Shown: positions 9,256 to 17,840 of the stretch, piece by piece
Position numbering within the stretch: the stretch's first letter is position 1
How the letters are laid out: each line of letters opens with the position of its first letter
Assembly (NCBI GenBank): GCA_025774405.1
Contig: JALGWB010000001.1
Span: forward strand, 16,609-80,608
From: a bacterium
Lineage (GTDB): Bacteria > Arandabacterota > Arandabacteria > Arandabacterales > Arandabacteraceae
Length of the DNA stretch: 64,000 nt
Reading direction: 5' to 3'
The notes under the pieces: generated by a model
Told to the model about the DNA's origin: nothing
The model's database searches: none
What the model saw: only the letters and a program-made list of their open reading frames with translations
Position numbers and translations under genes: made by a program

Positions 9256-10863
9256 CTAGCTACTTCCTTTTTTTCTCCAAACTATGGCATCTTTGAACCA
9301 CTGGGGGAAATAGTCTCTATACTTATTGACCAGCCAACCCAGATGCCCGTCTAGCATGTAATTGACCGACCAGTCAGTGGGACTCCTAGTTGTACGCCCC
9401 GTAGTCTGCACGATGTTCATGCAGGTCTGATACTGATACCAACGCTTGCTCTCGTTTGCCCTCGCCCGAATCTGCGGATCGGCTAGGGACGGAAAGGGCG
9501 TTTTGACCTGGATGGCGAATCTCGCTCTATCGTCATCGAAGGAGACCCCCTCGGACATAGATGGTGACACGAGAACCTTCGGTCCCTCTGCTGCCATGAA
9601 CTCACCCAAGACCTCGCTCCTGTCCGCTCGGCCATGGGTTATCATGTACTCAGACCACCGCGAGTAGGCAAGTAGATAGTCTCGTATCTTGTAGCTCACG
9701 CTGTGAATGATACCCTTCTGGCCCTCGGCGAAATGCCTATCTAGTATCTTGTCGCATTCTTGGACTACTCTGGGAAGTTGGCTCTCCAGTGTCTTGCGAT
9801 TCAACTTAACCACAGCCAGATTTATCAAAGGTCTACTTGCAACAGGAAAGGTAGATTGCACTTCAAGGCTACCATGCTCTCCTATTCCTAACACCTCAGG
9901 GAACGGTGGCGTTGCCGACATGAGCAGAAACTTCTGGCCATGCTTGAACAAGTACGGATAGGCATACTTGCTAACCCACACTGGCTTGAACTTGACAGAC
10001 CAGGGTTTGTATTCCTCCAGCCAGGTCTCATTGAGCTCAGACAGCTTCCCGACTTCCTTGTAGACGCGGTCAAGTCTTTGGTAGTCTTTCATGAAGGACT
10101 TATCCCAATTGAATGATTGAGCCTGGGCAGCGAGCTTAGCCAGGACATCGCTGACCTTGGGCAGGATGGCCATTGCCCATTCTTTCCACCTTGTAAAGCC
10201 TTTGAGACTGGGAACTTGGATGCCATACTTACCCAGGAGCTTCTTGTTGATAGAGATATTCACCCAGGACATGAGCTCCCGTTCTGTACGGTGAGACTCA
10301 TCCAAGATCACAAAAGGCCGTCTCATCTTGCCAATATAGTTGAGCTCATTGAGAGCATAAGCGTAGGGCATCGCCACGATGTCTGCTCCTAGCGCCCTCT
10401 TCTTAGCCAGGTAGTAGGGACATTTCGAGAACTTCACTGGGCACTGATCTCCCATAGTACATGGTGCGATGTCTGCAGTGAGATGCGGATAAACATAACA
10501 AGGATAATTACTCCTGCCTTTCATCACCACGACGCTTTCTGGGAAGGACATCTCATATTGAGAAGCCAGCTGCTTGGTGCCAACTAAGATGAGAGCTCTG
10601 AGCCTTAGCTCTTTTGCTACTGCGCAGCCAATCAACGACTTGCCCGTTCCGGTGGGTCCGCTCAGGCTTACAAGATTGTAAGAATCGCTAAGTTGTTTGG
10701 CGATTTCCCCAATGGCCTCGCGCTGATGGAGTCTCCAGTGCGGAAACCTTTCCCCTGGAAACCCCAAATCGGCAGGGGTGTCATAATTCATCGGCGCGTG
10801 GTCGGCGGGGAATCCTAGTTCTGATGGTCTAATCATCCAAGACCTCTGAGAGTACCTGGGCAT
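9256..10863 (-). CDS. Rad3/XPD/DinG-family Fe-S DNA helicase
   Basis: Walker A GPTGTGKS, DEAH box FVILDESH, four-Cys Fe-S insertion (CYVYP..C..C..CPYY), helicase C-terminal motifs (TTGRTTRS). Confidence 0.75.
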   Translation of the reverse strand: MPRYSQRSWMIRPSELGFPADHAPMNYDTPADLGFPGERFPHWRLHQREAIGEIAKQLSDSYNLVSLSGPTGTGKSLIGCAVAKELRLRALILVGTKQLASQYEMSFPESVVVMKGRSNYPCYVYPHLTADIAPCTMGDQCPVKFSKCPYYLAKKRALGADIVAMPYAYALNELNYIGKMRRPFVILDESHRTERELMSWVNISINKKLLGKYGIQVPSLKGFTRWKEWAMAILPKVSDVLAKLAAQAQSFNWDKSFMKDYQRLDRVYKEVGKLSELNETWLEEYKPWSVKFKPVWVSKYAYPYLFKHGQKFLLMSATPPFPEVLGIGEHGSLEVQSTFPVASRPLINLAVVKLNRKTLESQLPRVVQECDKILDRHFAEGQKGIIHSVSYKIRDYLLAYSRWSEYMITHGRADRSEVLGEFMAAEGPKVLVSPSMSEGVSFDDDRARFAIQVKTPFPSLADPQIRARANESKRWYQYQTCMNIVQTTGRTTRSPTDWSVNYMLDGHLGWLVNKYRDYFPQWFKDAIVWRKKGSS

Positions 10864-11179
10864 CTTTGGGCAGAACCAGGAACGGAAATCTCTGTTGCAT
10901 AGCGGCCATCCTAGATAGAATAGTTTGGCTTCCTGTATTCCGCCAATCTGCTGCTAGACGTTGAAAGGTGGCCCTAATGTTCTCCCTGCGTCTAACAATC
11001 CGCCTAGATTGAATCAGGGAAAGCTCATCCTCAGTAAACCCCTGATCTTCCTCAATAGCTTTCTGAAGCTTCTCTCTTGCATACTCTGAGATGTTCCCGC
11101 CACGGCGGTTGGTGACTCTGATAAGACCATCCCAGGTCTCATCATCTAGGCGAACCCGAATCGTGTGATTGAGAGCCAA
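10829..11179 (-). CDS. hypothetical DNA-binding protein (RHH-like N-terminus)
   Basis: 116-aa ORF; HTIRVRLDDETWDGLIRV resembles a ribbon-helix-helix strand-helix. Confidence 0.4.
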   Translation of the reverse strand: MALNHTIRVRLDDETWDGLIRVTNRRGGNISEYAREKLQKAIEEDQGFTEDELSLIQSRRIVRRRENIRATFQRLAADWRNTGSQTILSRMAAMQQRFPFLVLPKDAQVLSEVLDD

Positions 11180-11612
11180 TGTTGTCTCCTCCTGTTCTTT
11201 TTCGGGTTACCTCGAGTGCCCTGACGACGGCAGGTTCCAGGCCTAAATTGGGATAAGTCTCGCGAAGACTCTGAATCGCTTCGAGGTGAGTAAAGTCACC
11301 CGTTTTAGTCCAAAGGCTATAGAGAGTCTTCACCTTCTCCTCAGCTAACTCAATGCTATGAAGTTGATGATAGAGGCTGGCAAGGGAACGTTCCCCCTCA
11401 GACGTTCCCCTAAGAATCTTCTCCTCAATCGCGGATCGCACATATTCAGAGAGCGAGGACCTGCCAGTCTCAAGAGCCTCACGGAGAGCAGCATATTCAA
11501 CCCCGCTTAGACGGACCGAAATGACCTTCTCTTTCATTTCTCCTCCCTTTTGTATGACGGTAAGAACAGGGCGTTTACGTCCAAAACAGCCAAATCCTAT
11601 AAAATCTCGCAA
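11142..11612 (-). CDS. ribbon-helix-helix (CopG/Arc-like) transcriptional regulator
   Basis: KEKVISVRLSGVEYAALREALE is a canonical RHH beta-strand plus helix; first gene left of a repeat-rich intergenic region. Confidence 0.5.
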   Translation of the reverse strand: MRDFIGFGCFGRKRPVLTVIQKGGEMKEKVISVRLSGVEYAALREALETGRSSLSEYVRSAIEEKILRGTSEGERSLASLYHQLHSIELAEEKVKTLYSLWTKTGDFTHLEAIQSLRETYPNLGLEPAVVRALEVTRKRTGGDNIGSQSHDSGSPR

Positions 11613-11842
11613 TCAACAGTAACCAACCGCTATACATAACATGTGTAAACAATCATACGGCTTTTTGACTCTGGCCTATTAAAGAATAGAGTAGATTTCT
11701 CGGTGGGACGGAGACAGAATCCTTGTAAACGCATAAACATCCTACGCCCCGTTGACGTATTATCGTGTGAATCTAGCCTAATTCTACTATAGCACAAACG
11801 TACACGGTTGTCAAGTCCCAATTTCACCCCCACCTATGGGCG

Positions 11843-11917
11843 TCGTTATGTCTAGTGGCTATGAGTGTCGTTATGTCTAGTGACTACCCTCGGACAGCTA
11901 CCCGCGGACAGCTACCC
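11843..11917. repeat. two pairs of short direct repeats (GTCGTTATGTCTAGTG x2, CGGACAGCTACCC x2) in the 450-bp intergenic region
   Basis: Exact 16-nt and 13-nt tandem duplications read directly. Confidence 0.6.
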
Positions 11918-12009
11918 TCGGATAACTATCTATGAAACCCTATCCAGGCCAGGCAACCGAGCAAGACCACTATTGCTATCCCCGCCTCGACAGCCAGAAT
12001 CTCCCAAAT

Positions 12010-12140
12010 CAGTGTGGGCATGATTCACGTATCTCCCTTGGGCAATGTTTCATATGTCTCCCTATGGTTCACAGACCTCCTCTGGGCATGATTCACATGC
12101 CTCCCCTGGGTACACTTCACATACCTCTCTGGTGGGCCAC
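12010..12140. repeat. iteron-like array: about 28-bp direct repeat GGGCATGATTCACrTryCTCCCyTGGG (2 full plus 2 partial copies)
   Basis: Copies at 12016-12043 and 12084-12111 with degenerate copies between and after; overlaps the 3-prime end of the 12062..12487 gene. Confidence 0.55.
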
Positions 12141-12487
12141 CATGCCCAATTCTCACCAAGAGCATGGCAAGCTGCGAGACTGCTCATCCAGGGACTCAAA
12201 CGCGGATCGCCGTTCTTCTCCCAGTTCCATGTTACGCCCATATCGCGTAAGGCAACTCTGATGGATTCCTCATGCCACTGCCAAAGAGAAACAGCAGCCC
12301 CGTTATCGCCAACGGCATGTAGGTCCCAGTGCGACTCGTGCTCTACTATGCAGCAGGCCAGACTAGGGTCTACATGGTAGAGGCCCGCCGAGACTCTGAC
12401 AACAGCCCTGAGATAGTCCTCTGGTGGCGGCTCAGATGCAGGGTGGATAGCCAATATGAGCAGGGCAGCCAGAATGCGAGGGTTCAA
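12062..12487 (-). CDS. secreted lytic transglycosylase (SLT/lysozyme-like family 1)
   Basis: N-terminal signal-like MNPRILAALLILAIHPASE; catalytic motif VEHESHWDLHAVGDNGAAVSLWQW matches the E-S...G..G.(G)L.Q SLT signature. Confidence 0.6.
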   Translation of the reverse strand: MNPRILAALLILAIHPASEPPPEDYLRAVVRVSAGLYHVDPSLACCIVEHESHWDLHAVGDNGAAVSLWQWHEESIRVALRDMGVTWNWEKNGDPRLSPWMSSLAACHALGENWAWWPTREVCEVYPGEACESCPEEVCEP

Positions 12488-12837
12488 AATGGTGCCTCCT
12501 TGTCTCCTGTAGCAGCCTTGGCAGCTGCGATCCTGTCAGCTTGCATCAGGGCCGCCTCTTGAGCGTCCGCAATATGCCTACCGAGGCTATATCCTTGCTC
12601 GTCTATTTCTGCCTGCGCTATCTGGTCATGTATCTCGGCGATCTCGTCAGGCAAGCGTCCTCCTGTGCAGTTCTCACAAGGCTCTTCTACGAATCCGCCA
12701 GCTTCTGGATAGTCTTCAAGAACATAGCCCGTGTCGAAACATTTTGTACAATTGTGCAACATGTCTATTGTCCTTAGAAATACTTGATAGGAGCACCGAG
12801 ATAGAGCATCTCTCCCTTTTTCGCCGTTCTCGAACAC
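12484..12837 (-). CDS. zinc-ribbon protein (CTKC...CENCTGG)
   Basis: 117-aa ORF with two Cys pairs. Confidence 0.45.
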   Translation of the reverse strand: MFENGEKGRDALSRCSYQVFLRTIDMLHNCTKCFDTGYVLEDYPEAGGFVEEPCENCTGGRLPDEIAEIHDQIAQAEIDEQGYSLGRHIADAQEAALMQADRIAAAKAATGDKEAPF

Positions 12838-12854
12838 ATTCCTGATTGTTGAAG

Positions 12855-13211
12855 CTACAGCATTTGCCGGTCTACCAACATTTCTCCAACCCGCCAGTCA
12901 CCAGGAAGCGCATCAGCCCGTCTTTGAGCAGCTTCTCTAGTACTCCACGCGGAGTCTACCTCCCAAGGATCGTGGTTACTAAAGCATACCAGATATACAA
13001 TAGACGGCTTCCTTCCCTCTATTATACCAGTGAAATCTTCTGGTGGATTGGTGACATCAACACCCTCACCAGTTACTGTATGTCCTTCCCAGTCTCCCTT
13101 ACGCATCATGTGTCCTCCTATAATCTCTCTAATATCCACAATCCTGCTTGGACGGCCAGTAACACTAGCACACAAAGAACAGGTGGTTTCTCTTCTCTGT
13201 TCATGTTTCAC
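12855..13211 (-). CDS. hypothetical protein
   Basis: 118-aa ORF. Confidence 0.4.
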   Translation of the reverse strand: MKHEQRRETTCSLCASVTGRPSRIVDIREIIGGHMMRKGDWEGHTVTGEGVDVTNPPEDFTGIIEGRKPSIVYLVCFSNHDPWEVDSAWSTREAAQRRADALPGDWRVGEMLVDRQML

Positions 13212-13656
13212 TATCCAGATATTGAGATAGGTCTTTGGCTATCACAACCCGTTGCCTCTTGATGTTGCTGACTGGTGCGTTAGCAAGGAAGGGAGCGGCT
13301 TCTAGGAACGCTGGCTTATCCAGTTTCACTAGGATGCCTCCGCGCCCACGACACCAGGCTAAAGCGTCATTCTCATCGAACTCAACGGCCATGTGCTCCT
13401 CGATCTGCACCCCAGGCCAGGGATTCTTATTGCCAGTCTCTGCATAGACAGCCAGAGCTTTTTCTCGGATCCGTGCAGCAAGCCTATCTACTTCCCTTTG
13501 GCTTTCGCGTCGCCAGAATTGCGCATCGCGAAAATGGGTATATGCTGGGCTTTGTTCTACATCCGCCTGGCACTCTGCTTCAAACCGCTTCCGACTCTCC
13601 AGGCTCGCCCGTGCTTCAGCTAGTTGCTCCAATATCGCAAGTATCTCGTCATTCAT
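13201..13656 (-). CDS. hypothetical protein, paralog A of a tandem pair
   Basis: Shares SQREVDRLAARIREKALAVYAETGNKNPWPGVQIEE with its upstream neighbour (SQKEVDRLAAQIRAAALTVYATRSIKNPWPGVQVEE). Confidence 0.5.
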   Translation of the reverse strand: MNDEILAILEQLAEARASLESRKRFEAECQADVEQSPAYTHFRDAQFWRRESQREVDRLAARIREKALAVYAETGNKNPWPGVQIEEHMAVEFDENDALAWCRGRGGILVKLDKPAFLEAAPFLANAPVSNIKRQRVVIAKDLSQYLDSET

Positions 13657-13975
13657 CTATCTCCTCCTTCGGCAAGTATTGAGATAGGTCTTCCGCTATT
13701 GTAACCTGCGGCTCCTTAGCGATCGGGCTCTCCTCCTCGACCTGTACTCCAGGCCAAGGATTCTTGATGCTCCTCGTTGCATAGACGGTCAGAGCCGCAG
13801 CTCGGATTTGTGCGGCAAGCCTATCTACCTCCTTTTGGCTCATACGCCGTCGATATTGCGCCTTGGTAAGACAGGAATCTGCCAGGCGTTTTTCTTCCCG
13901 ACTCTCTGCTTCGATCCTTTTCCAATTTTCCAGGTTTGCCCGCATCTTAGCTAGTCGCCGCAGCATCCAGGCCAT
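13649..13975 (-). CDS. hypothetical protein, paralog B (start set at MAWMLRRLAK by alignment to paralog A)
   Basis: Alignment with paralog A begins at the internal Met; the longer ORF would overlap the next gene by 131 nt. Confidence 0.45.
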   Translation of the reverse strand: MAWMLRRLAKMRANLENWKRIEAESREEKRLADSCLTKAQYRRRMSQKEVDRLAAQIRAAALTVYATRSIKNPWPGVQVEEESPIAKEPQVTIAEDLSQYLPKEEIDE

Positions 13976-14141
13976 GTCCCTCCCTTCCCTGCTCATTCTC
14001 CACTTGTTGGAAATAACGTTCTGCATTCTCCATAGCCTCCTTGTAATGCTTCTCGCAATAGTCATGCGAGACACCACCGCTTGGCGTCTCTATCCAGCGT
14101 AAGTGCTTCCCACAGACGCAGCACCGGACTTCTGTTCGCAT
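13947..14141 (-). CDS. small zinc-binding protein (CCVCGKH...HDYCEKH)
   Basis: 64-aa ORF. Confidence 0.35.
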   Translation of the reverse strand: MRTEVRCCVCGKHLRWIETPSGGVSHDYCEKHYKEAMENAERYFQQVENEQGREGHGLDAAATS

Positions 14142-14368
14142 ATCATAGCCTCCAGCATCTCGTCAACGGCCTCTGTCCAGTCAAGGCTCTCTCGCAAACG
14201 CTTCTCTAAGGAAGGCGCTGGCAATAGCTTGCCCGTCTCTATGTATGAGATAAATCTGTTATCTGTCATCGCCAAATCTGCCAATTTCTCTTGACTGTAT
14301 CCTCTTGTGACTCGTAGGACCCGCATTCGCTTGCCAAAGTTCATCCAGATGCCTCCCCTCTGTAGCAA
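14090..14368 (-). CDS. XRE-family (Cro/CI-like) HTH transcriptional regulator
   Basis: RMRVLRVTRGYSQEKLADLAMTDNRFISYIETGKLLP is a canonical HTH_3 motif. Confidence 0.6.
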   Translation of the reverse strand: MLQRGGIWMNFGKRMRVLRVTRGYSQEKLADLAMTDNRFISYIETGKLLPAPSLEKRLRESLDWTEAVDEMLEAMICEQKSGAASVGSTYAG

Positions 14369-14622
14369 TGCACGGTTTTCATCAATTGTTCTTGTGTGGC
14401 CTTCCTAGCCTCGACTGCTATGTACTTGCGTTGTGATACTTTGCATAATAGCCATATCTCATTTGGGTGATTGATGATTAGCCAATAGCCTGGCCTGATT
14501 CTTTGTCATAGGGCCTCCTAAGGGGTGATCTGGGGGGCTGCAATGCTGACCAATGCTTTAGGCTGCTCCCCCCGCAGCAATTCAATCAAGCGCTCTACAG
14601 TCATTGTCATGTTTGTCCTTTC
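14369..14622. promoter_or_regulatory. intergenic control region with direct repeat CAATGCTGACCrATGCTT (14534-14552 and 14622-14640)
   Basis: 254-bp noncoding gap upstream of the Cro-like gene; 18-nt repeat read directly. Confidence 0.35.
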
Positions 14623-14937
14623 TCAATGCTGACCGATGCTTCGGAACTCATTGAGAGTTTTGCTTACTGCTTGGGCCATGGGTATAGGAAGACTGGCCGT
14701 AAGGCTAGTTCCATAACGCTCCTCAGTCCATGACAGGATGTCGCGACAAACGGAGTTGTTGCGCCTGAGGACTTCCCCGTAGACGAACAAGGCCCGTTTG
14801 AGGACTTGTAGTTCAGCGGGGGATACCTTGAGAACTACTTCTGCTTTCATTACGATCTCTCCTTTCTGCATGTTTGACTCATAGTGAGATTCATCGGTCG
14901 CATGCATCATCAAGTATAGATTGTGCAATGCTGCCAA
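14623..14937 (-). CDS. hypothetical protein
   Basis: 104-aa ORF. Confidence 0.4.
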   Translation of the reverse strand: MAALHNLYLMMHATDESHYESNMQKGEIVMKAEVVLKVSPAELQVLKRALFVYGEVLRRNNSVCRDILSWTEERYGTSLTASLPIPMAQAVSKTLNEFRSIGQH

Positions 14938-15097
14938 GATATGCTATCAGTCTAGTGAACGACAAGAGACTCCATCGCTCTGAGGCCAGAACAAGACGCA
15001 GCGCGCGACGTAAAGCCATCTGGCGAGAGTCAAATGGTTGTAAAGTGTCAGTTGCTTCATCCAGACACATTTCCAATTGTTCATCTACGGTGGTCAT
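14891..15097 (-). CDS. hypothetical small protein (C-terminal 68 aa of ORF 14891..15445)
   Basis: Only the part from MTTVDEQLEM looks protein-like; the upstream 115 aa is low-complexity and probably noncoding. Confidence 0.3.
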   Translation of the reverse strand: MTTVDEQLEMCLDEATDTLQPFDSRQMALRRALRLVLASERWSLLSFTRLIAYLGSIAQSILDDACDR

Positions 15098-15263
15098 CGA
15101 TCTTCCTCCTCTGGGGCACAAATAACTCCATATGGCAATCCCAGTGAGTTTTATCTGCCTGTTTACTTCCGCCAACGCCGCTGATGTAGTAGTCGAGTTG
15201 GTCACAAACAATGTACATGATGGACTCTGGCCTTGATACGCCGGAGGGCTTTGCCCTCCTCGA

Positions 15264-15530
15264 TTACGTGACCACTGGCGGGGCGTTGCCCGATTCTGTG
15301 ATGCCGTCTGAGCTATCGAAAACCAGATCGAGCTTGCAACCGCCCGGTTGTGCCCCTTCTTGATAGTGCTTCTCGCAGAGGGCAAAAGTGGGCACCTTCT
15401 CGCCGGCTCGTGCAATGATGGTAGTGACACGCTCTCTACACCCACGGCAGTTGCAACGACGTAACCCCCAAGTGATAGCTAGTGCAGCTGTGTAGATGTT
15501 TGCTGTGTCTGGGTCTCGGATGATCTCCAT
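15264..15530 (-). CDS. zinc-binding protein (CNCRGC...CEKH)
   Basis: 88-aa ORF with Cys cluster. Confidence 0.4.
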   Translation of the reverse strand: MEIIRDPDTANIYTAALAITWGLRRCNCRGCRERVTTIIARAGEKVPTFALCEKHYQEGAQPGGCKLDLVFDSSDGITESGNAPPVVT

Positions 15531-15550
15531 TTGTTCCTCCTTGTCTACCG

Positions 15551-15829
15551 TCAGGGCGGGTCTGGCAACCCACTGAAAGGCATCCAGTGTGTAATCTCTG
15601 TGTAAGGAATTAAGCCCCGTGTGGGCCAGCGCATAAAGCTAGGGAGACCGAGAGATGTTGAGTGGCCCCAATAGCGAGCTAAAGCCACGATGCGCTCACC
15701 TTTACACAGACGCCGATAACAGATAAATACGTCACGGTCTCTAGGTACTGGGAAGTCTACTACCCGCTTCCACTCAGTCATTTGATTTCTCCTTCCTGCG
15801 GCTCGCTCTTCACTCGATACAGGCATCAC
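15551..15829 (-). CDS. hypothetical protein
   Basis: 92-aa ORF, start overlaps the MTase stop by 4 nt. Confidence 0.4.
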   Translation of the reverse strand: MMPVSSEERAAGRRNQMTEWKRVVDFPVPRDRDVFICYRRLCKGERIVALARYWGHSTSLGLPSFMRWPTRGLIPYTEITHWMPFSGLPDPP

Positions 15830-17226
15830 TTAGCATTGGGACCTCCTTCGCATAACATATTCAGCATCGGGCAATCATCTATCACCCGCTTTCTTGCCAT
15901 CTTGCAATACTCCTCTGACAAGTCTATCCCAATCGCCCTCCTTCCTAGCCGCAGGGCCACCATGACGCTTGTCCCACTCCCAACAAAGGGGTCAAGAACT
16001 ATGCAAGGAACTGGGTTATGCCCACATGAACACCCAGGCCGCCATTTGTCCGTTGCGCGACTGGTGAGAGCCCATCCCGTGCTATCAGTTTTCGTGGGTG
16101 CGTTGTTAGGTACGTGCGCTGGCTCTCGCTTGTTAATGTGGCCTGTCCGTTCGATGATTCTGTTCCATCCCTTCCCGCACTCCGGGCAGCATCCGCGCTC
16201 GGAAGTTCCGAGGTGAATGCACCTCTCAGGAAGCACAGTGGGAAATACGGCGAAGTGCAGCCCTGGAAATCCGCTTGTGGGGAATCTCCAAACGTCTCTC
16301 AGGTTGGCTCCTCGCCTATCAGGCTCCCATCTCTTACCACTGTAGGTCGGATTCCCGTAGCCAGCTGCCTTCTCACCACCGAACTTGATATTCAATCGCG
16401 GTCTGTCCATTGAGTGTACTGTCTGCCCAGGGACGCCGCGTGAGCGCTTATGGCTGTCGCTCACCCCGCGTTTGTACCTTGCTACTGAGGCTTCTTTCAA
16501 AGGCGTCCTTACAGCGTAGTTGTCATAGTAGTATCGGGCGCTTTTCGTAAGTAGCAGAATATGCTCGTAGCTGGATGTGCATCTGTCAGTGACACTTTCC
16601 GGCATCGGGTTCGGTTTGGCCCAGACTATTGACGACCTCAGCCACCATCCGTCTCTTTGCAGAGCCATGCCCAGCATCCAGGGGATAGGAACCCATTGTT
16701 TATCCTGGAATGAACCGGCTATGTTCAGCCACAGCGTGCCGTCATCCCTGAGCACCCTTTTCACTTCTCTGAATATCCCAACCAGATGGCAAATGTAGCA
16801 AGCTCCGCAAAGGCGCGGCCTGAAATACTTGGCTAGATGAGCAGGCACAGCGTATCTCGGTAGAGTTATCTCGGTTTGCATCCTAGCCCTTTCGAGTTCT
16901 GACATGACATAGGCACGCTCTTTATCAGTCAGGTCTGGCCGCAATTCCTGGAATGGCCGCCCACAGTCTGGCGTTGGCTCCAGGCCCAGCGACCCGCGCC
17001 AGCAGCCACAGAGACGACAGAAGGCATGATTGTGCGGTTTATGTCGGCTTCCTGCATTACTATCCTGTTTTGCTGATGGCCCACCTGACATTCCTGGTCG
17101 TATCTGCTCGTCCCACTCATGCTTGCACTCATCCGAGCCGCCCCAGAGTAAGGGCGGCAAATTGTAGTCTCTTAATCCCCATGGAATCACCAGTAGGGTG
17201 GCGAGGTACAAACCGTCTGGACGCAA
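15826..17226 (-). CDS. DNA N4/N6 methyltransferase (beta-class, DNA_methylase N-4/N-6 domain) with inserted zinc-finger segment
   Basis: SIVWAKPNPMPES (conserved iiW.KpN block) and C-terminal SAM motif DPFVGSGTSVMVALRLGRRAIGIDL; inserted CPECGKGW...GCSCGH cysteine cluster. Confidence 0.7.
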   Translation of the reverse strand: MRPDGLYLATLLVIPWGLRDYNLPPLLWGGSDECKHEWDEQIRPGMSGGPSAKQDSNAGSRHKPHNHAFCRLCGCWRGSLGLEPTPDCGRPFQELRPDLTDKERAYVMSELERARMQTEITLPRYAVPAHLAKYFRPRLCGACYICHLVGIFREVKRVLRDDGTLWLNIAGSFQDKQWVPIPWMLGMALQRDGWWLRSSIVWAKPNPMPESVTDRCTSSYEHILLLTKSARYYYDNYAVRTPLKEASVARYKRGVSDSHKRSRGVPGQTVHSMDRPRLNIKFGGEKAAGYGNPTYSGKRWEPDRRGANLRDVWRFPTSGFPGLHFAVFPTVLPERCIHLGTSERGCCPECGKGWNRIIERTGHINKREPAHVPNNAPTKTDSTGWALTSRATDKWRPGCSCGHNPVPCIVLDPFVGSGTSVMVALRLGRRAIGIDLSEEYCKMARKRVIDDCPMLNMLCEGGPNAK

Positions 17227-17498
17227 GCATCTGGCATAGTACGCAAGACATCCCTAACATCGCCCTGCACAACAGCCCACTGCCGGCTTCCAGCCAATAC
17301 CTCACTCAACCCTACTGGTTGTCTCTCTCCCTTCATCTGATAAATTGCCTTTCATATTAGCCATGCTATGAACCCAGTGGTGACACTTACGCAAAGCAAA
17401 GTTAGATTGCCAAGGTCACAACGCAGCCATCTATCCTCGCCAAGACCTCCCTACAATCCCCCTGCACGATGGCCCACTTGCGCTGGCCTGATAATACT

Positions 17499-17759
17499 TC
17501 ATCTATCATTTGAGACTACCTCACCAGATATTTTGAGATTCAATTTAAGATATTCAGGGACACTCTCTCCTTCCTCGAAGAAGAGATACTCGGCGTCTTT
17601 ACCTAGCCGTCGAATACACCGATCCCTGAATTCAGGCGTTACTGGCTCATGACCATGCTTGAGACGAGAGAGATGCTCGTAACTATAGCCTAACAGGTCA
17701 GCCATCTCTTTCATAGGTACTCTGTAGTCTTCGGCCCATCGAAACAGACTTGTCTGCAT
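17499..17759 (-). CDS. HTH DNA-binding regulator
   Basis: VPMKEMADLLGYSYEHLSRLKHG is an HTH. Confidence 0.5.
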   Translation of the reverse strand: MQTSLFRWAEDYRVPMKEMADLLGYSYEHLSRLKHGHEPVTPEFRDRCIRRLGKDAEYLFFEEGESVPEYLKLNLKISGEVVSNDR

Positions 17760-17840
17760 AACAGTCTCCTTGCTAGTTGTTGTTAGTCATTGGTCACTTA
17801 GTCTCTTAGTCGCTCTAGGCTAGTATTCTCTCTAGCCTCT

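Noticed and set aside
15098-15445. Upstream 115 codons of ORF 14891..15445
   Set aside because: Low-complexity Ser/Ala/Pro translation that overlaps the zinc-binding gene 15264..15530; only the last 68 aa look like a real protein.
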